A DNA stretch of 32,000 nucleotides from Mycobacterium tuberculosis H37Rv (lineage in GTDB: Bacteria > Actinomycetota > Actinomycetes > Mycobacteriales > Mycobacteriaceae). The notes under the pieces were generated by a model, which saw only the letters and a program-made list of their open reading frames with translations, was not told the DNA's origin and did no database searches. Positions 1 to 13,171 of this stretch are shown here, piece after piece. The translations under genes were made by a program, and so were the position numbers. The stretch covers positions 1,800,001 through 1,832,000 of the forward strand of contig NC_000962.3 of NCBI RefSeq assembly GCF_000195955.2, given 5' to 3'. Positions within the stretch are counted from its first letter, which is position 1. The number at the start of each line of letters is the position of its first letter.

Positions 1-2663
<2,663 letters not shown>

Positions 2664-2667
<4 letters not shown>

Positions 2668-3284
2668 CAGCAAAATCGGTTGTAGTCCTTGACTACGGCT
2701 CAGGAAACCTGCGGTCGGCCCAACGTGCGCTGCAACGAGTAGGCGCCGAGGTCGAAGTAACCGCCGATACCGACGCCGCAATGACCGCTGACGGACTGGT
2801 GGTGCCGGGCGTCGGTGCTTTCGCGGCGTGCATGGCGGGCCTGCGCAAGATCAGCGGAGAGCGAATCATCGCCGAGCGGGTGGCCGCCGGCCGCCCGGTG
2901 CTGGGGGTCTGTGTCGGTATGCAGATTCTGTTTGCTTGCGGGGTCGAATTCGGTGTGCAGACGCCAGGCTGCGGGCACTGGCCGGGGGCGGTCATTCGAC
3001 TTGAGGCCCCGGTGATTCCGCACATGGGCTGGAATGTCGTGGATTCCGCTGCGGGCAGCGCGCTGTTCAAAGGGTTGGACGTCGACGCCCGGTTTTATTT
3101 CGTGCATTCCTATGCCGCGCAGCGATGGGAAGGCTCACCCGACGCGCTGCTGACCTGGGCCACATATCGGGCGCCGTTCCTCGCTGCGGTGGAGGACGGC
3201 GCATTGGCCGCCACCCAGTTTCATCCGGAGAAGAGTGGCGATGCCGGTGCAGCCGTACTGAGCAGCTGGGTTGATGGACTTTAA
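2664..3284 (+). CDS. hisH: Imidazole glycerol phosphate synthase, glutamine amidotransferase subunit
   Basis: Start placed at internal GTG 2664 of track ORF 2403..3284 (GTGA overlap with the hisB stop), giving 206 aa. Homology begins at [10 protein letters not shown]. GATase nucleophile GVCVGMQ and FHPEKS are present. The upstream 87 codons are Arg-rich and overlap hisB out of frame. Confidence 0.93.
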
Positions 3285-3293
3285 AGGATACTG

Positions 3294-4031
3294 GTGATGC
3301 CGCTGATACTTTTGCCCGCCGTCGACGTGGTCGAGGGTCGTGCCGTGCGCCTCGTTCAAGGGAAGGCCGGCAGCCAAACCGAGTACGGCTCAGCGGTGGA
3401 TGCCGCGTTGGGCTGGCAACGCGATGGCGCCGAGTGGATCCATTTGGTGGACCTGGATGCTGCGTTCGGCCGCGGTTCCAACCACGAACTGCTTGCCGAG
3501 GTTGTCGGCAAGCTCGACGTACAGGTTGAGCTATCCGGCGGTATTCGAGACGACGAGTCGCTGGCCGCGGCGCTGGCCACCGGATGCGCTCGGGTCAATG
3601 TGGGCACTGCTGCCCTGGAAAACCCGCAGTGGTGTGCCCGGGTGATTGGCGAGCACGGCGACCAGGTCGCCGTCGGCTTGGACGTCCAGATCATCGACGG
3701 CGAGCATCGGTTGCGCGGACGCGGCTGGGAAACCGACGGCGGCGACCTGTGGGACGTGCTAGAACGCCTAGACAGTGAAGGATGTTCGCGGTTCGTCGTG
3801 ACCGATATCACCAAGGACGGCACCCTGGGCGGCCCCAATCTGGACCTGCTGGCCGGTGTTGCCGACCGCACCGACGCCCCGGTGATCGCGTCCGGAGGTG
3901 TGTCCAGCCTCGATGACCTGCGCGCCATTGCGACTCTCACGCACCGCGGCGTCGAGGGGGCCATCGTCGGCAAGGCCCTCTACGCCCGTCGGTTCACCTT
4001 GCCGCAAGCGTTGGCCGCGGTTCGGGACTAG
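3294..4031 (+). CDS. hisA: ProFAR isomerase of the actinobacterial PriA type (dual HisA/TrpF)
   Basis: 245-aa (beta-alpha)8 protein with [21 protein letters not shown] and ASGGVSS phosphate-binding motifs. GTG 3294 (ATG at 3297) lies 10 nt after the hisH stop, preceded by AAAGGA. Confidence 0.93.
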
Positions 4032-4038
4032 ATCGGCG

Positions 4039-4851
4039 ATGCACTTGGATTCGTTGGTTGCCCCGCTGGTTGAACAGGCGTCGGCGATCCTGGATGCCGC
4101 AACGGCGCTCTTTCTCGTCGGTCATCGCGCCGATTCAGCGGTCCGCAAGAAGGGTAACGACTTCGCCACCGAAGTCGATCTAGCGATCGAGCGGCAGGTT
4201 GTCGCAGCGCTGGTGGCGGCCACCGGCATCGAGGTGCACGGCGAGGAGTTCGGCGGCCCGGCAGTCGACTCGCGGTGGGTGTGGGTACTGGACCCCATCG
4301 ACGGCACAATCAACTACGCCGCCGGATCGCCGTTGGCTGCGATCCTGTTGGGCCTGCTGCACGACGGAGTTCCGGTGGCCGGCTTGACCTGGATGCCATT
4401 CACCGACCCACGCTATACCGCCGTGGCGGGTGGTCCGCTGATCAAGAACGGTGTACCGCAGCCGCCGCTGGCTGACGCCGAACTGGCCAACGTGCTCGTC
4501 GGCGTCGGCACATTCAGCGCCGACTCACGGGGCCAGTTCCCGGGGCGATATCGACTGGCGGTGCTGGAAAAGCTCAGCCGAGTGTCATCGCGGCTGCGCA
4601 TGCACGGATCCACCGGCATCGATCTCGTCTTCGTCGCTGACGGGATACTCGGTGGTGCAATAAGTTTCGGAGGTCACGTTTGGGACCATGCCGCTGGGGT
4701 GGCGTTGGTACGAGCCGCCGGTGGCGTGGTCACCGACCTGGCTGGGCAACCGTGGACCCCTGCATCGCGTTCTGCCTTGGCCGGGCCACCGCGCGTGCAT
4801 GCCCAGATCCTCGAGATTCTTGGCAGCATAGGGGAACCAGAGGACTACTGA
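4039..4851 (+). CDS. impA: Inositol-monophosphatase-family protein embedded in the his operon
   Basis: Start at ATG 4039 inside track ORF 3898..4851, giving 270 aa. IMPase motifs are present: [24 protein letters not shown]. The upstream part of the ORF overlaps hisA out of frame. Confidence 0.9.
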
Positions 4852-4852
4852 G

Positions 4853-5656
4853 ATGTATGCCGACCGTGACCTTCCGGGGGCTGGGGGCCTCGCGGTACGC
4901 GTGATCCCGTGTCTGGATGTCGACGATGGGCGGGTGGTCAAGGGAGTCAACTTCGAGAACCTCCGCGACGCCGGTGATCCCGTGGAACTCGCCGCCGTCT
5001 ATGACGCGGAGGGCGCGGACGAGTTGACCTTTCTCGACGTGACCGCGTCGTCGTCCGGAAGAGCCACCATGCTGGAGGTGGTGCGCCGCACCGCCGAGCA
5101 GGTGTTCATCCCGCTGACGGTGGGCGGTGGGGTACGCACCGTCGCCGACGTCGATTCGCTGCTACGGGCTGGGGCTGACAAAGTCGCCGTCAACACGGCC
5201 GCCATCGCTTGCCCGGACTTGCTGGCGGACATGGCGAGGCAGTTCGGCTCGCAGTGCATCGTGTTGTCCGTCGACGCGCGCACAGTTCCGGTGGGATCAG
5301 CCCCGACACCGTCGGGTTGGGAGGTCACCACTCACGGCGGTCGTCGTGGCACCGGTATGGACGCCGTGCAGTGGGCGGCCCGTGGCGCCGACCTCGGTGT
5401 GGGGGAGATCCTGCTCAACTCGATGGACGCCGACGGCACCAAAGCCGGATTCGACCTGGCTTTGCTGCGTGCGGTCCGTGCCGCGGTCACGGTGCCGGTA
5501 ATCGCCAGCGGGGGCGCCGGTGCTGTGGAGCACTTCGCGCCAGCGGTTGCCGCGGGGGCCGATGCAGTGTTGGCGGCCAGCGTCTTTCACTTCCGGGAGC
5601 TGACGATCGGTCAGGTGAAGGCGGCCCTGGCCGCGGAAGGAATCACCGTGCGATGA
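4853..5656 (+). CDS. hisF: Imidazole glycerol phosphate synthase, cyclase subunit
   Basis: 267-aa ORF with [22 protein letters not shown] and ASGGAG motifs. ATG lies 1 nt after the impA stop. Confidence 0.95.
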
Positions 5657-6000
5657 CACTCGACCCAAAGATCGCGGCGCGGTTGAAGCGTAATGCCGAC
5701 GGACTGGTTACCGCCGTCGTCCAGGAGCGGGGCAGCGGTGACGTGCTGATGGTTGCCTGGATGAACGACGAGGCCTTGGCCCGTACCCTGCAAACCCGTG
5801 AGGCCACTTACTATTCGCGATCCCGTGCCGAACAATGGGTCAAGGGCGCGACGTCCGGCCACACCCAGCACGTTCACTCGGTGCGCCTGGATTGTGACGG
5901 CGACGCCGTATTGTTGACGGTTGACCAGGTCGGCGGTGCCTGCCATACCGGCGATCACAGTTGCTTCGATGCCGCGGTGTTGTTAGAACCCGACGACTAA
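5653..6000 (+). CDS. hisI: Phosphoribosyl-AMP cyclohydrolase
   Basis: Start at ATG 5653 (ATGA overlap with the hisF stop) inside track ORF 5209..6000, giving 115 aa. PRA-CH pattern: [24 protein letters not shown]. Confidence 0.92.
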
Positions 6001-6180
6001 CCCGCCGCGGAAAGACTGGGGCTAGCGGCTCGCGGCGCAACAGATTGCAGTGGTCGCCCGCGAGGCAAGAGTGCCCATCGACACGCCGCCGAGCGAGCGC
6101 GGACATACCACCTTGGGATCCATGCAGATGTCAAGGGGGGTTGCCCGTCCGGGCGATGGCGTCGATGAGAATGGCGGTCG

Positions 6181-7263
6181 ATGCTGAAACGAGTGCCCTG
6201 GACCGTTGTGCTGCCTTCGCTGGCCTTTGTCGCGCTGGTATTGACCTGGGGAAAGCAGATCGGCCCGGTGGTGGGCTTGCTAGCGGCGGTGCTGTTAGCC
6301 GGTGCTGTCCTGGCCGCGGTCAACCATGCCGAGGTGGTGGCGGCCCGGGTGGGTGAGCCATTCGGTTCGCTGGTGCTCGCGGTCGCGGTGACGACCATCG
6401 AGGTGGCGCTGATCGTTGCGCTCATGGTGTCCGGCGGGGACGATGCGGCGACGCTCGCCCGCGACACCGTGTTCGCCGCGGTGATGATCACCACCAACGG
6501 GATCGCCGGGTTGTCCCTGCTGCTGGGTTCGCTGCGCTATGGCGTGACGTTGTTCAACCCCCACGGCAGCGGCGCCGCGCTGGCCACGGTCACCACACTG
6601 GCGACGCTGAGCCTGGTGCTGCCCACGTTCACCACCAGTCAGTCGGGCCCCGAGCTATCGCCCGGCCAGCTCATCTTCGCCGGCGCCGCGTCGCTGGGAC
6701 TCTACGTGTTGTTCCTGTTCACCCAGACTGTCCGGCATCGAGACTTCTTCCTACCGGTGGCGCAAAAGGGCGCGGTCGAGGATGACAGCCACGCCGATCC
6801 ACCGAGCACCCGCGCGGCGCTGCTGAGCCTTGGATTGCTGCTCGTCGCTTTGGTTGCGGTGGTGGGTCTGGCCAAGGTGGAATCGCCGGTCATCGAGGAG
6901 GTCGTCTCGGCGGCCGGGTTTCCGCAATCCTTCGTCGGCGTGGTCATCGCCACACTGGTGCTGTTGCCGGAGACACTTGCGGCGGCCCGCGCGGCCCGGC
7001 AAGGCCGCCTGCAGACCAGCCTCAATCTGGCGTACGGTTCCGCGATGGCGAGTATTGGACTCACCATCCCGACCATCGCCCTTGCTTCCCTGTGGCTCAG
7101 TGGCCCGCTGCAACTTGGCCTCGGTGCCATTCAGTTGGTGCTGCTGGTGCTCACGGTTGTGGTCAGCGTGCTGACCGTGGTTCCCGGTCGGGCCACCCGT
7201 CTGCAGGGCGAGGTGCATCTGGTGTTGCTGGCTGCTTACCTGTTTCTTGCCGTCGTCCCGTGA
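6181..7263 (+). CDS. chaA: Ca2+/H+ (cation/proton) antiporter, CaCA family
   Basis: 360-aa polytopic membrane ORF (about 10-11 hydrophobic spans) with ChaA-like repeat regions. Confidence 0.85.
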   Translation: MLKRVPWTVVLPSLAFVALVLTWGKQIGPVVGLLAAVLLAGAVLAAVNHAEVVAARVGEPFGSLVLAVAVTTIEVALIVALMVSGGDDAATLARDTVFAAVMITTNGIAGLSLLLGSLRYGVTLFNPHGSGAALATVTTLATLSLVLPTFTTSQSGPELSPGQLIFAGAASLGLYVLFLFTQTVRHRDFFLPVAQKGAVEDDSHADPPSTRAALLSLGLLLVALVAVVGLAKVESPVIEEVVSAAGFPQSFVGVVIATLVLLPETLAAARAARQGRLQTSLNLAYGSAMASIGLTIPTIALASLWLSGPLQLGLGAIQLVLLVLTVVVSVLTVVPGRATRLQGEVHLVLLAAYLFLAVVP

Positions 7264-7297
7264 TGAATCCGTGCGCAAGCGATGGTTTTCGCCGCCG

Positions 7298-7762
7298 CTA
7301 TCCAGATCTGATTGCCCGCAGCGTCGCTAACGCTTTGTCGGCGTGGGCGTCCATGCTGAATTCGCTGGAGATCACGTCGAGCACCTTACGGTCGGTGTCG
7401 ATGACAAAGGTCGTGCGTTTGACCGGCATCAACTTGCCCAACAGACCGCGCTTGACCCCGAATTGGGCGGCGACCGTGCCTTGGGCGTCCGAAAGCAGCG
7501 GGTAGTCGAAACGCCGCACCTCGGCGAATTTGGCCTGCTTTCGAACGGGATCGGTGCTGATGCCGACCCGGCTGGCCCTGACCTCGGCGAATTCTTTGGC
7601 CAAGTCGCGGAAGTGGCAGGCTTCTTTGGTGCAGCCAGGCGTCATCGCCGCCGGATAGAAGAACAGGACCACGGGTCCGTCGGATAGCAGGACGCTAAGC
7701 CTGCGAGGAGTCCCGGTCTGATCGGGCAGTTCGAAGTCGGCTACCGTGTCACCGGTTTTCAT
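7298..7762 (-). CDS. bcpB: Bacterioferritin comigratory protein-type peroxiredoxin
   Basis: Start at ATG 7762 inside track ORF 7298..7852, giving 154 aa. Prx/AhpC-TSA fold with an active-site PGCTKEAC (CxxxxC) motif. Confidence 0.88.
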   Translation of the reverse strand: MKTGDTVADFELPDQTGTPRRLSVLLSDGPVVLFFYPAAMTPGCTKEACHFRDLAKEFAEVRASRVGISTDPVRKQAKFAEVRRFDYPLLSDAQGTVAAQFGVKRGLLGKLMPVKRTTFVIDTDRKVLDVISSEFSMDAHADKALATLRAIRSG

Positions 7763-7769
7763 AGTCGTC

Positions 7770-7775
7770 AGGCTA
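7770..7775 (-). promoter_or_regulatory. Candidate -10 hexamer (TAGCCT) for a leaderless bcpB transcript
   Basis: The minus strand reads TAGCCT, then 7 nt, then the ATG at 7762. There is no purine-rich SD. It fits the mycobacterial TANNNT -10 and leaderless architecture. Confidence 0.4.
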
Positions 7776-7902
7776 CAACCGATTGCCCGACTCCTTGCGC
7801 GCCGCTTCGCGGCTGGGGGTGCCCCCATGCGCGCCGTTTGCGCGGCGTGCATCGTCGTCGGGCTACGCCCGGGCCGATCGGCGTATCTGGGAAGATGGTT
7901 CG

Positions 7903-9453
7903 GTGCACGCCGACCTCGCAGCCACCACCTCGCGTGAGGATTTCCGCCTCCTGGCGGCCGAGCACCGGGTGGTTCCGGTGACTCGCAAGGTCTTGGCCGA
8001 CAGCGAGACGCCGCTGTCGGCCTACCGCAAGCTCGCCGCCAATCGCCCGGGTACGTTCCTGCTGGAGTCGGCCGAGAACGGCCGGTCGTGGTCGCGATGG
8101 TCGTTTATCGGTGCGGGGGCGCCAACGGCGTTGACCGTGCGTGAGGGGCAAGCGGTATGGCTGGGTGCCGTGCCCAAGGACGCTCCCACTGGCGGAGACC
8201 CGCTGCGGGCGCTGCAGGTGACCTTGGAGCTGCTGGCTACGGCGGATCGTCAGTCCGAGCCGGGTCTTCCGCCGCTGTCGGGTGGCATGGTCGGTTTCTT
8301 CGCCTATGACATGGTGCGACGGCTGGAACGATTGCCGGAACGGGCCGTCGATGACCTCTGCCTGCCGGACATGCTGCTGTTGCTGGCCACCGATGTGGCG
8401 GCGGTCGATCACCACGAGGGCACCATCACGTTGATCGCCAACGCCGTGAACTGGAACGGCACCGACGAGCGGGTCGACTGGGCCTACGACGACGCGGTCG
8501 CTCGGCTGGACGTGATGACCGCAGCGCTCGGCCAACCACTACCGTCAACCGTGGCCACCTTCAGCCGACCCGAGCCGCGCCACCGTGCGCAACGCACCGT
8601 CGAAGAATATGGTGCGATCGTCGAATACTTGGTGGATCAGATTGCAGCCGGTGAAGCGTTCCAGGTGGTGCCCTCGCAGCGCTTCGAGATGGACACCGAT
8701 GTCGATCCCATCGACGTGTACCGAATTCTGCGGGTAACCAACCCAAGTCCCTACATGTATCTACTGCAGGTGCCGAATAGTGATGGTGCAGTGGACTTTT
8801 CGATTGTTGGATCCAGTCCGGAGGCGCTGGTAACGGTCCACGAAGGCTGGGCGACGACGCATCCGATCGCCGGAACCCGGTGGCGCGGAAGGACAGACGA
8901 CGAGGACGTGCTTCTGGAAAAAGAGCTGCTGGCGGACGACAAAGAACGTGCCGAGCATCTGATGCTGGTCGACCTCGGCCGAAACGACCTGGGTCGGGTC
9001 TGCACGCCGGGCACTGTTCGGGTCGAGGATTACAGCCACATCGAGCGGTACAGCCACGTGATGCACCTGGTGTCCACGGTGACCGGGAAGCTCGGCGAAG
9101 GGCGCACCGCGCTGGACGCGGTGACCGCCTGCTTTCCGGCCGGCACGCTGTCGGGCGCGCCGAAGGTGCGGGCGATGGAGCTGATCGAAGAGGTGGAGAA
9201 GACACGCCGCGGCCTTTACGGCGGTGTCGTCGGTTACCTTGACTTCGCCGGCAACGCTGACTTCGCCATCGCCATCCGCACCGCGCTGATGCGTAACGGC
9301 ACGGCTTATGTCCAGGCAGGCGGTGGTGTGGTGGCCGACTCCAACGGATCCTACGAATACAACGAGGCGAGGAACAAGGCTCGGGCTGTGCTCAACGCGA
9401 TCGCTGCCGCCGAGACGCTGGCCGCTCCGGGCGCGAACCGCAGTGGCTGCTAA
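7903..9453 (+). CDS. trpE: Anthranilate synthase component I
   Basis: Start at GTG 7903 inside track ORF 7783..9453, giving 516 aa, with GGGAAGATGG a few nt upstream. TrpE motifs: [29 protein letters not shown]. Confidence 0.93.
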   Translation: MHADLAATTSREDFRLLAAEHRVVPVTRKVLADSETPLSAYRKLAANRPGTFLLESAENGRSWSRWSFIGAGAPTALTVREGQAVWLGAVPKDAPTGGDPLRALQVTLELLATADRQSEPGLPPLSGGMVGFFAYDMVRRLERLPERAVDDLCLPDMLLLLATDVAAVDHHEGTITLIANAVNWNGTDERVDWAYDDAVARLDVMTAALGQPLPSTVATFSRPEPRHRAQRTVEEYGAIVEYLVDQIAAGEAFQVVPSQRFEMDTDVDPIDVYRILRVTNPSPYMYLLQVPNSDGAVDFSIVGSSPEALVTVHEGWATTHPIAGTRWRGRTDDEDVLLEKELLADDKERAEHLMLVDLGRNDLGRVCTPGTVRVEDYSHIERYSHVMHLVSTVTGKLGEGRTALDAVTACFPAGTLSGAPKVRAMELIEEVEKTRRGLYGGVVGYLDFAGNADFAIAIRTALMRNGTAYVQAGGGVVADSNGSYEYNEARNKARAVLNAIAAAETLAAPGANRSGC

Positions 9454-10150
9454 TGCCGGCAGTGTTCGGCCCAACCGCCGGGCCAGGCCGATGATCGGCA
9501 TCGCCCAGTTGCTGTTGGTGGTTGCCGCCGGGGCGCTGTGGATGGCCGCACGGCTGCCCTGGGTGGTCATCGGGTCATTCGACGAGCTGGGGCCGCCGAA
9601 GGAGGTGACGCTGACCGGTGCGTCGTGGTCGACCGCTTTGCTGCCGTTAGCGCTGCTGATGCTGGCCGCGGCGGTGGCGGCGCTCGCGGTGCGCGGCTGG
9701 CCGCTGCGGGCGCTGGCAGTGTTGCTGGCCGCGGCCAGCTTCGCGGTCGGCTACCTCGGCATCAGTCTGTGGGTGGTCCCGGATGTCGCGGCCCGCGGAG
9801 CCGATCTTGCCCATGTCCCAGTGGTGACGCTGGTCGGAAGCGCCCGGCACTATTGGGGCGCGGTGGCGGCGGTGTTGGCGGCAGTGTGTGCTTTGCTCGC
9901 TGCCGTCTTCTTGATGAGTTCGGCGGCGATTCGCGGGTCGGCTGGCGAGGACATGGCGAGATATGCGGCGCCCCGCGCCCGCCGGTCGATTGCCCGGCGC
10001 CAGCACTCGAATGCGGCCGGCCGGGCGGCTCCGCAAGACGACGGGCCGGATATGGGGCCGCGGATGTCGGAGCGAATGATTTGGGAAGCTCTTGACGAGG
10101 GCCGTGACCCGACCGATCGGGAGCAGGAGTCTGACACCGAGGGGCGGTGA
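9443..10150 (+). CDS. Conserved Trp-operon-associated integral membrane protein (Rv1610-like), function unknown
   Basis: In-frame part of track ORF 9308..10150. GTG 9443 overlaps the trpE end by 11 nt (235 aa); an alternative ATG is at 9491 (219 aa). It has four hydrophobic spans and a charged C-terminal tail, and sits between trpE and trpC. Confidence 0.8.
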   Translation: MAANAGSVRPNRRARPMIGIAQLLLVVAAGALWMAARLPWVVIGSFDELGPPKEVTLTGASWSTALLPLALLMLAAAVAALAVRGWPLRALAVLLAAASFAVGYLGISLWVVPDVAARGADLAHVPVVTLVGSARHYWGAVAAVLAAVCALLAAVFLMSSAAIRGSAGEDMARYAAPRARRSIARRQHSNAAGRAAPQDDGPDMGPRMSERMIWEALDEGRDPTDREQESDTEGR

Positions 10151-10239
10151 CGGACCGCGCGCTGACGGTCGCTACCCTTCATGGACGTCGTCGAAATTGA
10201 CGAGCGCGTGTGGGTGACAGTGGGAAGGGAACGGCAGGC

Positions 10240-11058
10240 ATGAGTCCGGCAACCGTGCTCGACTCCATCCTCGAGGGAGTCCGGGCCGACGTTGCCGCGC
10301 GTGAAGCCTCGGTGAGCCTGTCGGAGATCAAGGCTGCCGCCGCTGCGGCGCCGCCGCCGCTCGACGTGATGGCCGCCCTACGCGAGCCCGGCATCGGCGT
10401 CATCGCTGAGGTCAAGCGCGCTAGTCCTTCGGCAGGCGCATTGGCGACCATCGCCGACCCGGCAAAGCTGGCCCAGGCCTACCAGGATGGCGGTGCCCGG
10501 ATCGTCAGCGTGGTGACTGAGCAGCGGCGTTTTCAGGGATCGCTCGACGACCTCGACGCGGTGCGGGCCTCGGTTTCGATTCCGGTGCTGCGCAAGGACT
10601 TTGTGGTGCAGCCGTACCAGATTCATGAGGCGCGTGCGCACGGCGCCGACATGTTGTTGCTCATCGTCGCCGCATTGGAGCAGTCGGTGTTGGTGTCGAT
10701 GTTGGACCGCACCGAATCGTTGGGTATGACAGCACTCGTCGAGGTCCATACCGAGCAGGAAGCCGACCGAGCGCTGAAGGCCGGGGCCAAGGTGATTGGC
10801 GTTAACGCCCGCGACCTCATGACGCTGGACGTGGACCGGGATTGCTTCGCGCGAATAGCTCCTGGTTTGCCGAGCAGTGTGATCAGGATTGCTGAATCCG
10901 GCGTGCGTGGCACCGCTGACCTGCTGGCGTACGCCGGCGCGGGCGCTGACGCGGTGTTGGTAGGCGAAGGTCTGGTCACCAGCGGCGACCCACGTGCCGC
11001 GGTTGCCGATCTGGTTACCGCGGGCACCCATCCGTCCTGTCCGAAACCGGCTCGCTAG
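10240..11058 (+). CDS. trpC: Indole-3-glycerol phosphate synthase
   Basis: Start at ATG 10240 (272 aa), preceded by GGGAAGGGAA. IGPS motifs are present: [22 protein letters not shown]. Confidence 0.94.
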
Positions 11059-11126
11059 CCGTCGATGAGCCGCTTGCATCTTGAGCCTCGGTGATGACAG
11101 ATCTATCCACCCCGGATCTTCCGCGC

Positions 11127-12359
11127 ATGAGTGCTGCCATCGCCGAACCGACCAGTCACGATCCTGATTCCGGCGGCCATTTCGGCGGCCCCAGTGGTTG
11201 GGGTGGCCGCTACGTTCCCGAGGCGCTGATGGCGGTGATCGAAGAGGTCACCGCCGCCTACCAAAAGGAGCGCGTCAGCCAGGACTTTCTGGACGACCTA
11301 GACAGGCTGCAGGCGAACTATGCGGGCCGGCCTTCGCCGCTTTACGAGGCGACCCGGTTGAGCCAGCACGCTGGGTCGGCGCGAATCTTTCTGAAGCGAG
11401 AAGACCTGAACCATACTGGTTCTCACAAGATCAACAACGTGCTCGGGCAGGCACTGCTGGCGCGCAGGATGGGCAAGACCCGGGTGATCGCCGAGACCGG
11501 TGCCGGCCAGCACGGGGTCGCCACGGCCACCGCATGCGCATTGCTCGGCCTGGACTGTGTCATCTACATGGGGGGCATCGACACCGCCCGTCAGGCGCTA
11601 AACGTGGCCCGGATGCGATTGCTGGGTGCCGAAGTCGTCGCGGTTCAGACGGGCTCGAAAACGCTCAAAGACGCCATCAATGAGGCGTTCCGGGATTGGG
11701 TTGCCAACGCCGACAACACCTACTACTGCTTTGGTACTGCGGCCGGACCGCATCCGTTTCCAACCATGGTGCGCGATTTCCAGCGAATCATCGGCATGGA
11801 GGCACGTGTGCAGATCCAGGGTCAGGCCGGTCGGCTGCCTGACGCCGTCGTCGCGTGCGTTGGTGGCGGGTCCAATGCCATTGGTATTTTTCATGCGTTT
11901 CTCGATGACCCAGGCGTACGGCTGGTCGGATTCGAGGCAGCCGGCGACGGCGTTGAGACCGGCCGGCATGCCGCGACATTCACCGCTGGTTCGCCCGGGG
12001 CATTTCACGGATCGTTCTCGTACTTGCTGCAAGACGAGGACGGTCAGACCATTGAATCCCATTCAATTTCCGCGGGTCTGGATTATCCGGGGGTGGGCCC
12101 GGAACATGCGTGGCTCAAGGAGGCCGGGCGTGTCGATTATCGGCCGATCACCGACTCCGAGGCGATGGACGCGTTTGGCCTGCTGTGTCGCATGGAAGGC
12201 ATCATCCCGGCTATTGAATCCGCGCACGCGGTGGCCGGCGCCCTCAAGCTAGGTGTTGAGTTGGGAAGGGGCGCGGTGATTGTGGTGAACCTGTCGGGAC
12301 GTGGCGACAAAGATGTCGAGACGGCCGCGAAATGGTTTGGCTTGCTGGGCAACGACTGA
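11127..12359 (+). CDS. trpB: Tryptophan synthase beta chain
   Basis: Part of track ORF 11091..12359; ATG 11127 gives 410 aa (11091/11094 are also possible). PLP-lysine motif HTGSHKINN, then GGGSNAIG and [13 protein letters not shown]. Confidence 0.93.
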   Translation: MSAAIAEPTSHDPDSGGHFGGPSGWGGRYVPEALMAVIEEVTAAYQKERVSQDFLDDLDRLQANYAGRPSPLYEATRLSQHAGSARIFLKREDLNHTGSHKINNVLGQALLARRMGKTRVIAETGAGQHGVATATACALLGLDCVIYMGGIDTARQALNVARMRLLGAEVVAVQTGSKTLKDAINEAFRDWVANADNTYYCFGTAAGPHPFPTMVRDFQRIIGMEARVQIQGQAGRLPDAVVACVGGGSNAIGIFHAFLDDPGVRLVGFEAAGDGVETGRHAATFTAGSPGAFHGSFSYLLQDEDGQTIESHSISAGLDYPGVGPEHAWLKEAGRVDYRPITDSEAMDAFGLLCRMEGIIPAIESAHAVAGALKLGVELGRGAVIVVNLSGRGDKDVETAAKWFGLLGND

Positions 12360-13171
12360 TGGTGGCGGTGGAACAGAGCGAAGCAAGTAGGCTCGGGCCG
12401 GTTTTCGATTCCTGCCGTGCAAACAACCGCGCGGCATTGATTGGTTACTTGCCGACCGGGTACCCGGACGTGCCAGCGTCGGTGGCCGCGATGACAGCGC
12501 TAGTTGAATCCGGTTGCGACATTATCGAAGTCGGGGTTCCGTATTCGGACCCGGGCATGGACGGCCCCACCATCGCCAGGGCAACCGAGGCGGCGCTCCG
12601 TGGCGGGGTGCGAGTCCGGGATACGTTAGCCGCGGTCGAGGCCATCAGTATCGCCGGCGGGCGTGCGGTAGTGATGACCTACTGGAATCCGGTGCTGCGC
12701 TATGGGGTTGATGCATTCGCGCGGGATCTGGCGGCGGCCGGAGGACTCGGCCTGATCACTCCTGACCTCATTCCCGACGAGGCGCAACAGTGGCTGGCGG
12801 CATCCGAAGAGCATCGGTTGGATCGCATTTTCTTGGTCGCGCCGTCCTCGACACCGGAGCGGTTGGCGGCCACCGTCGAGGCTTCACGCGGGTTCGTCTA
12901 CGCGGCGTCGACGATGGGGGTGACCGGGGCGCGGGATGCGGTGTCGCAGGCGGCACCCGAACTGGTGGGCCGGGTGAAGGCGGTGTCTGACATACCGGTG
13001 GGCGTCGGTCTGGGTGTGCGGTCGCGCGCTCAAGCCGCGCAGATCGCCCAATACGCCGACGGTGTCATCGTTGGTTCCGCATTGGTGACGGCGCTAACCG
13101 AGGGGTTGCCTAGATTGCGGGCACTGACCGGAGAGCTCGCTGCCGGGGTACGACTAGGGATGTCCGCATGA
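12359..13171 (+). CDS. trpA: Tryptophan synthase alpha chain
   Basis: ATG 12359 shares 1 nt with the trpB stop (TGATG), giving 270 aa. TrpA motifs: IEVGVPYSDPGMDGPTI, GFVYAAS, VGFG-like VGVGLG. Confidence 0.93.
   Translation: MVAVEQSEASRLGPVFDSCRANNRAALIGYLPTGYPDVPASVAAMTALVESGCDIIEVGVPYSDPGMDGPTIARATEAALRGGVRVRDTLAAVEAISIAGGRAVVMTYWNPVLRYGVDAFARDLAAAGGLGLITPDLIPDEAQQWLAASEEHRLDRIFLVAPSSTPERLAATVEASRGFVYAASTMGVTGARDAVSQAAPELVGRVKAVSDIPVGVGLGVRSRAQAAQIAQYADGVIVGSALVTALTEGLPRLRALTGELAAGVRLGMSA

Noticed and set aside
4021-4040. DosR-box-like sequence TTCGGGACT at the hisA/impA junction
   Set aside because: Only the left half-site matches. The right half (AGATCGGCG) does not resemble AGTCCCGAA, and the site is inside an operon.
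7763-7902. Possible trp leader peptide or attenuator upstream of trpE
   Set aside because: The only small ORF (within track ORF 7746..7937) has one Trp codon and no tandem Trp. I could not build convincing alternative terminator/antiterminator hairpins followed by a U-run.
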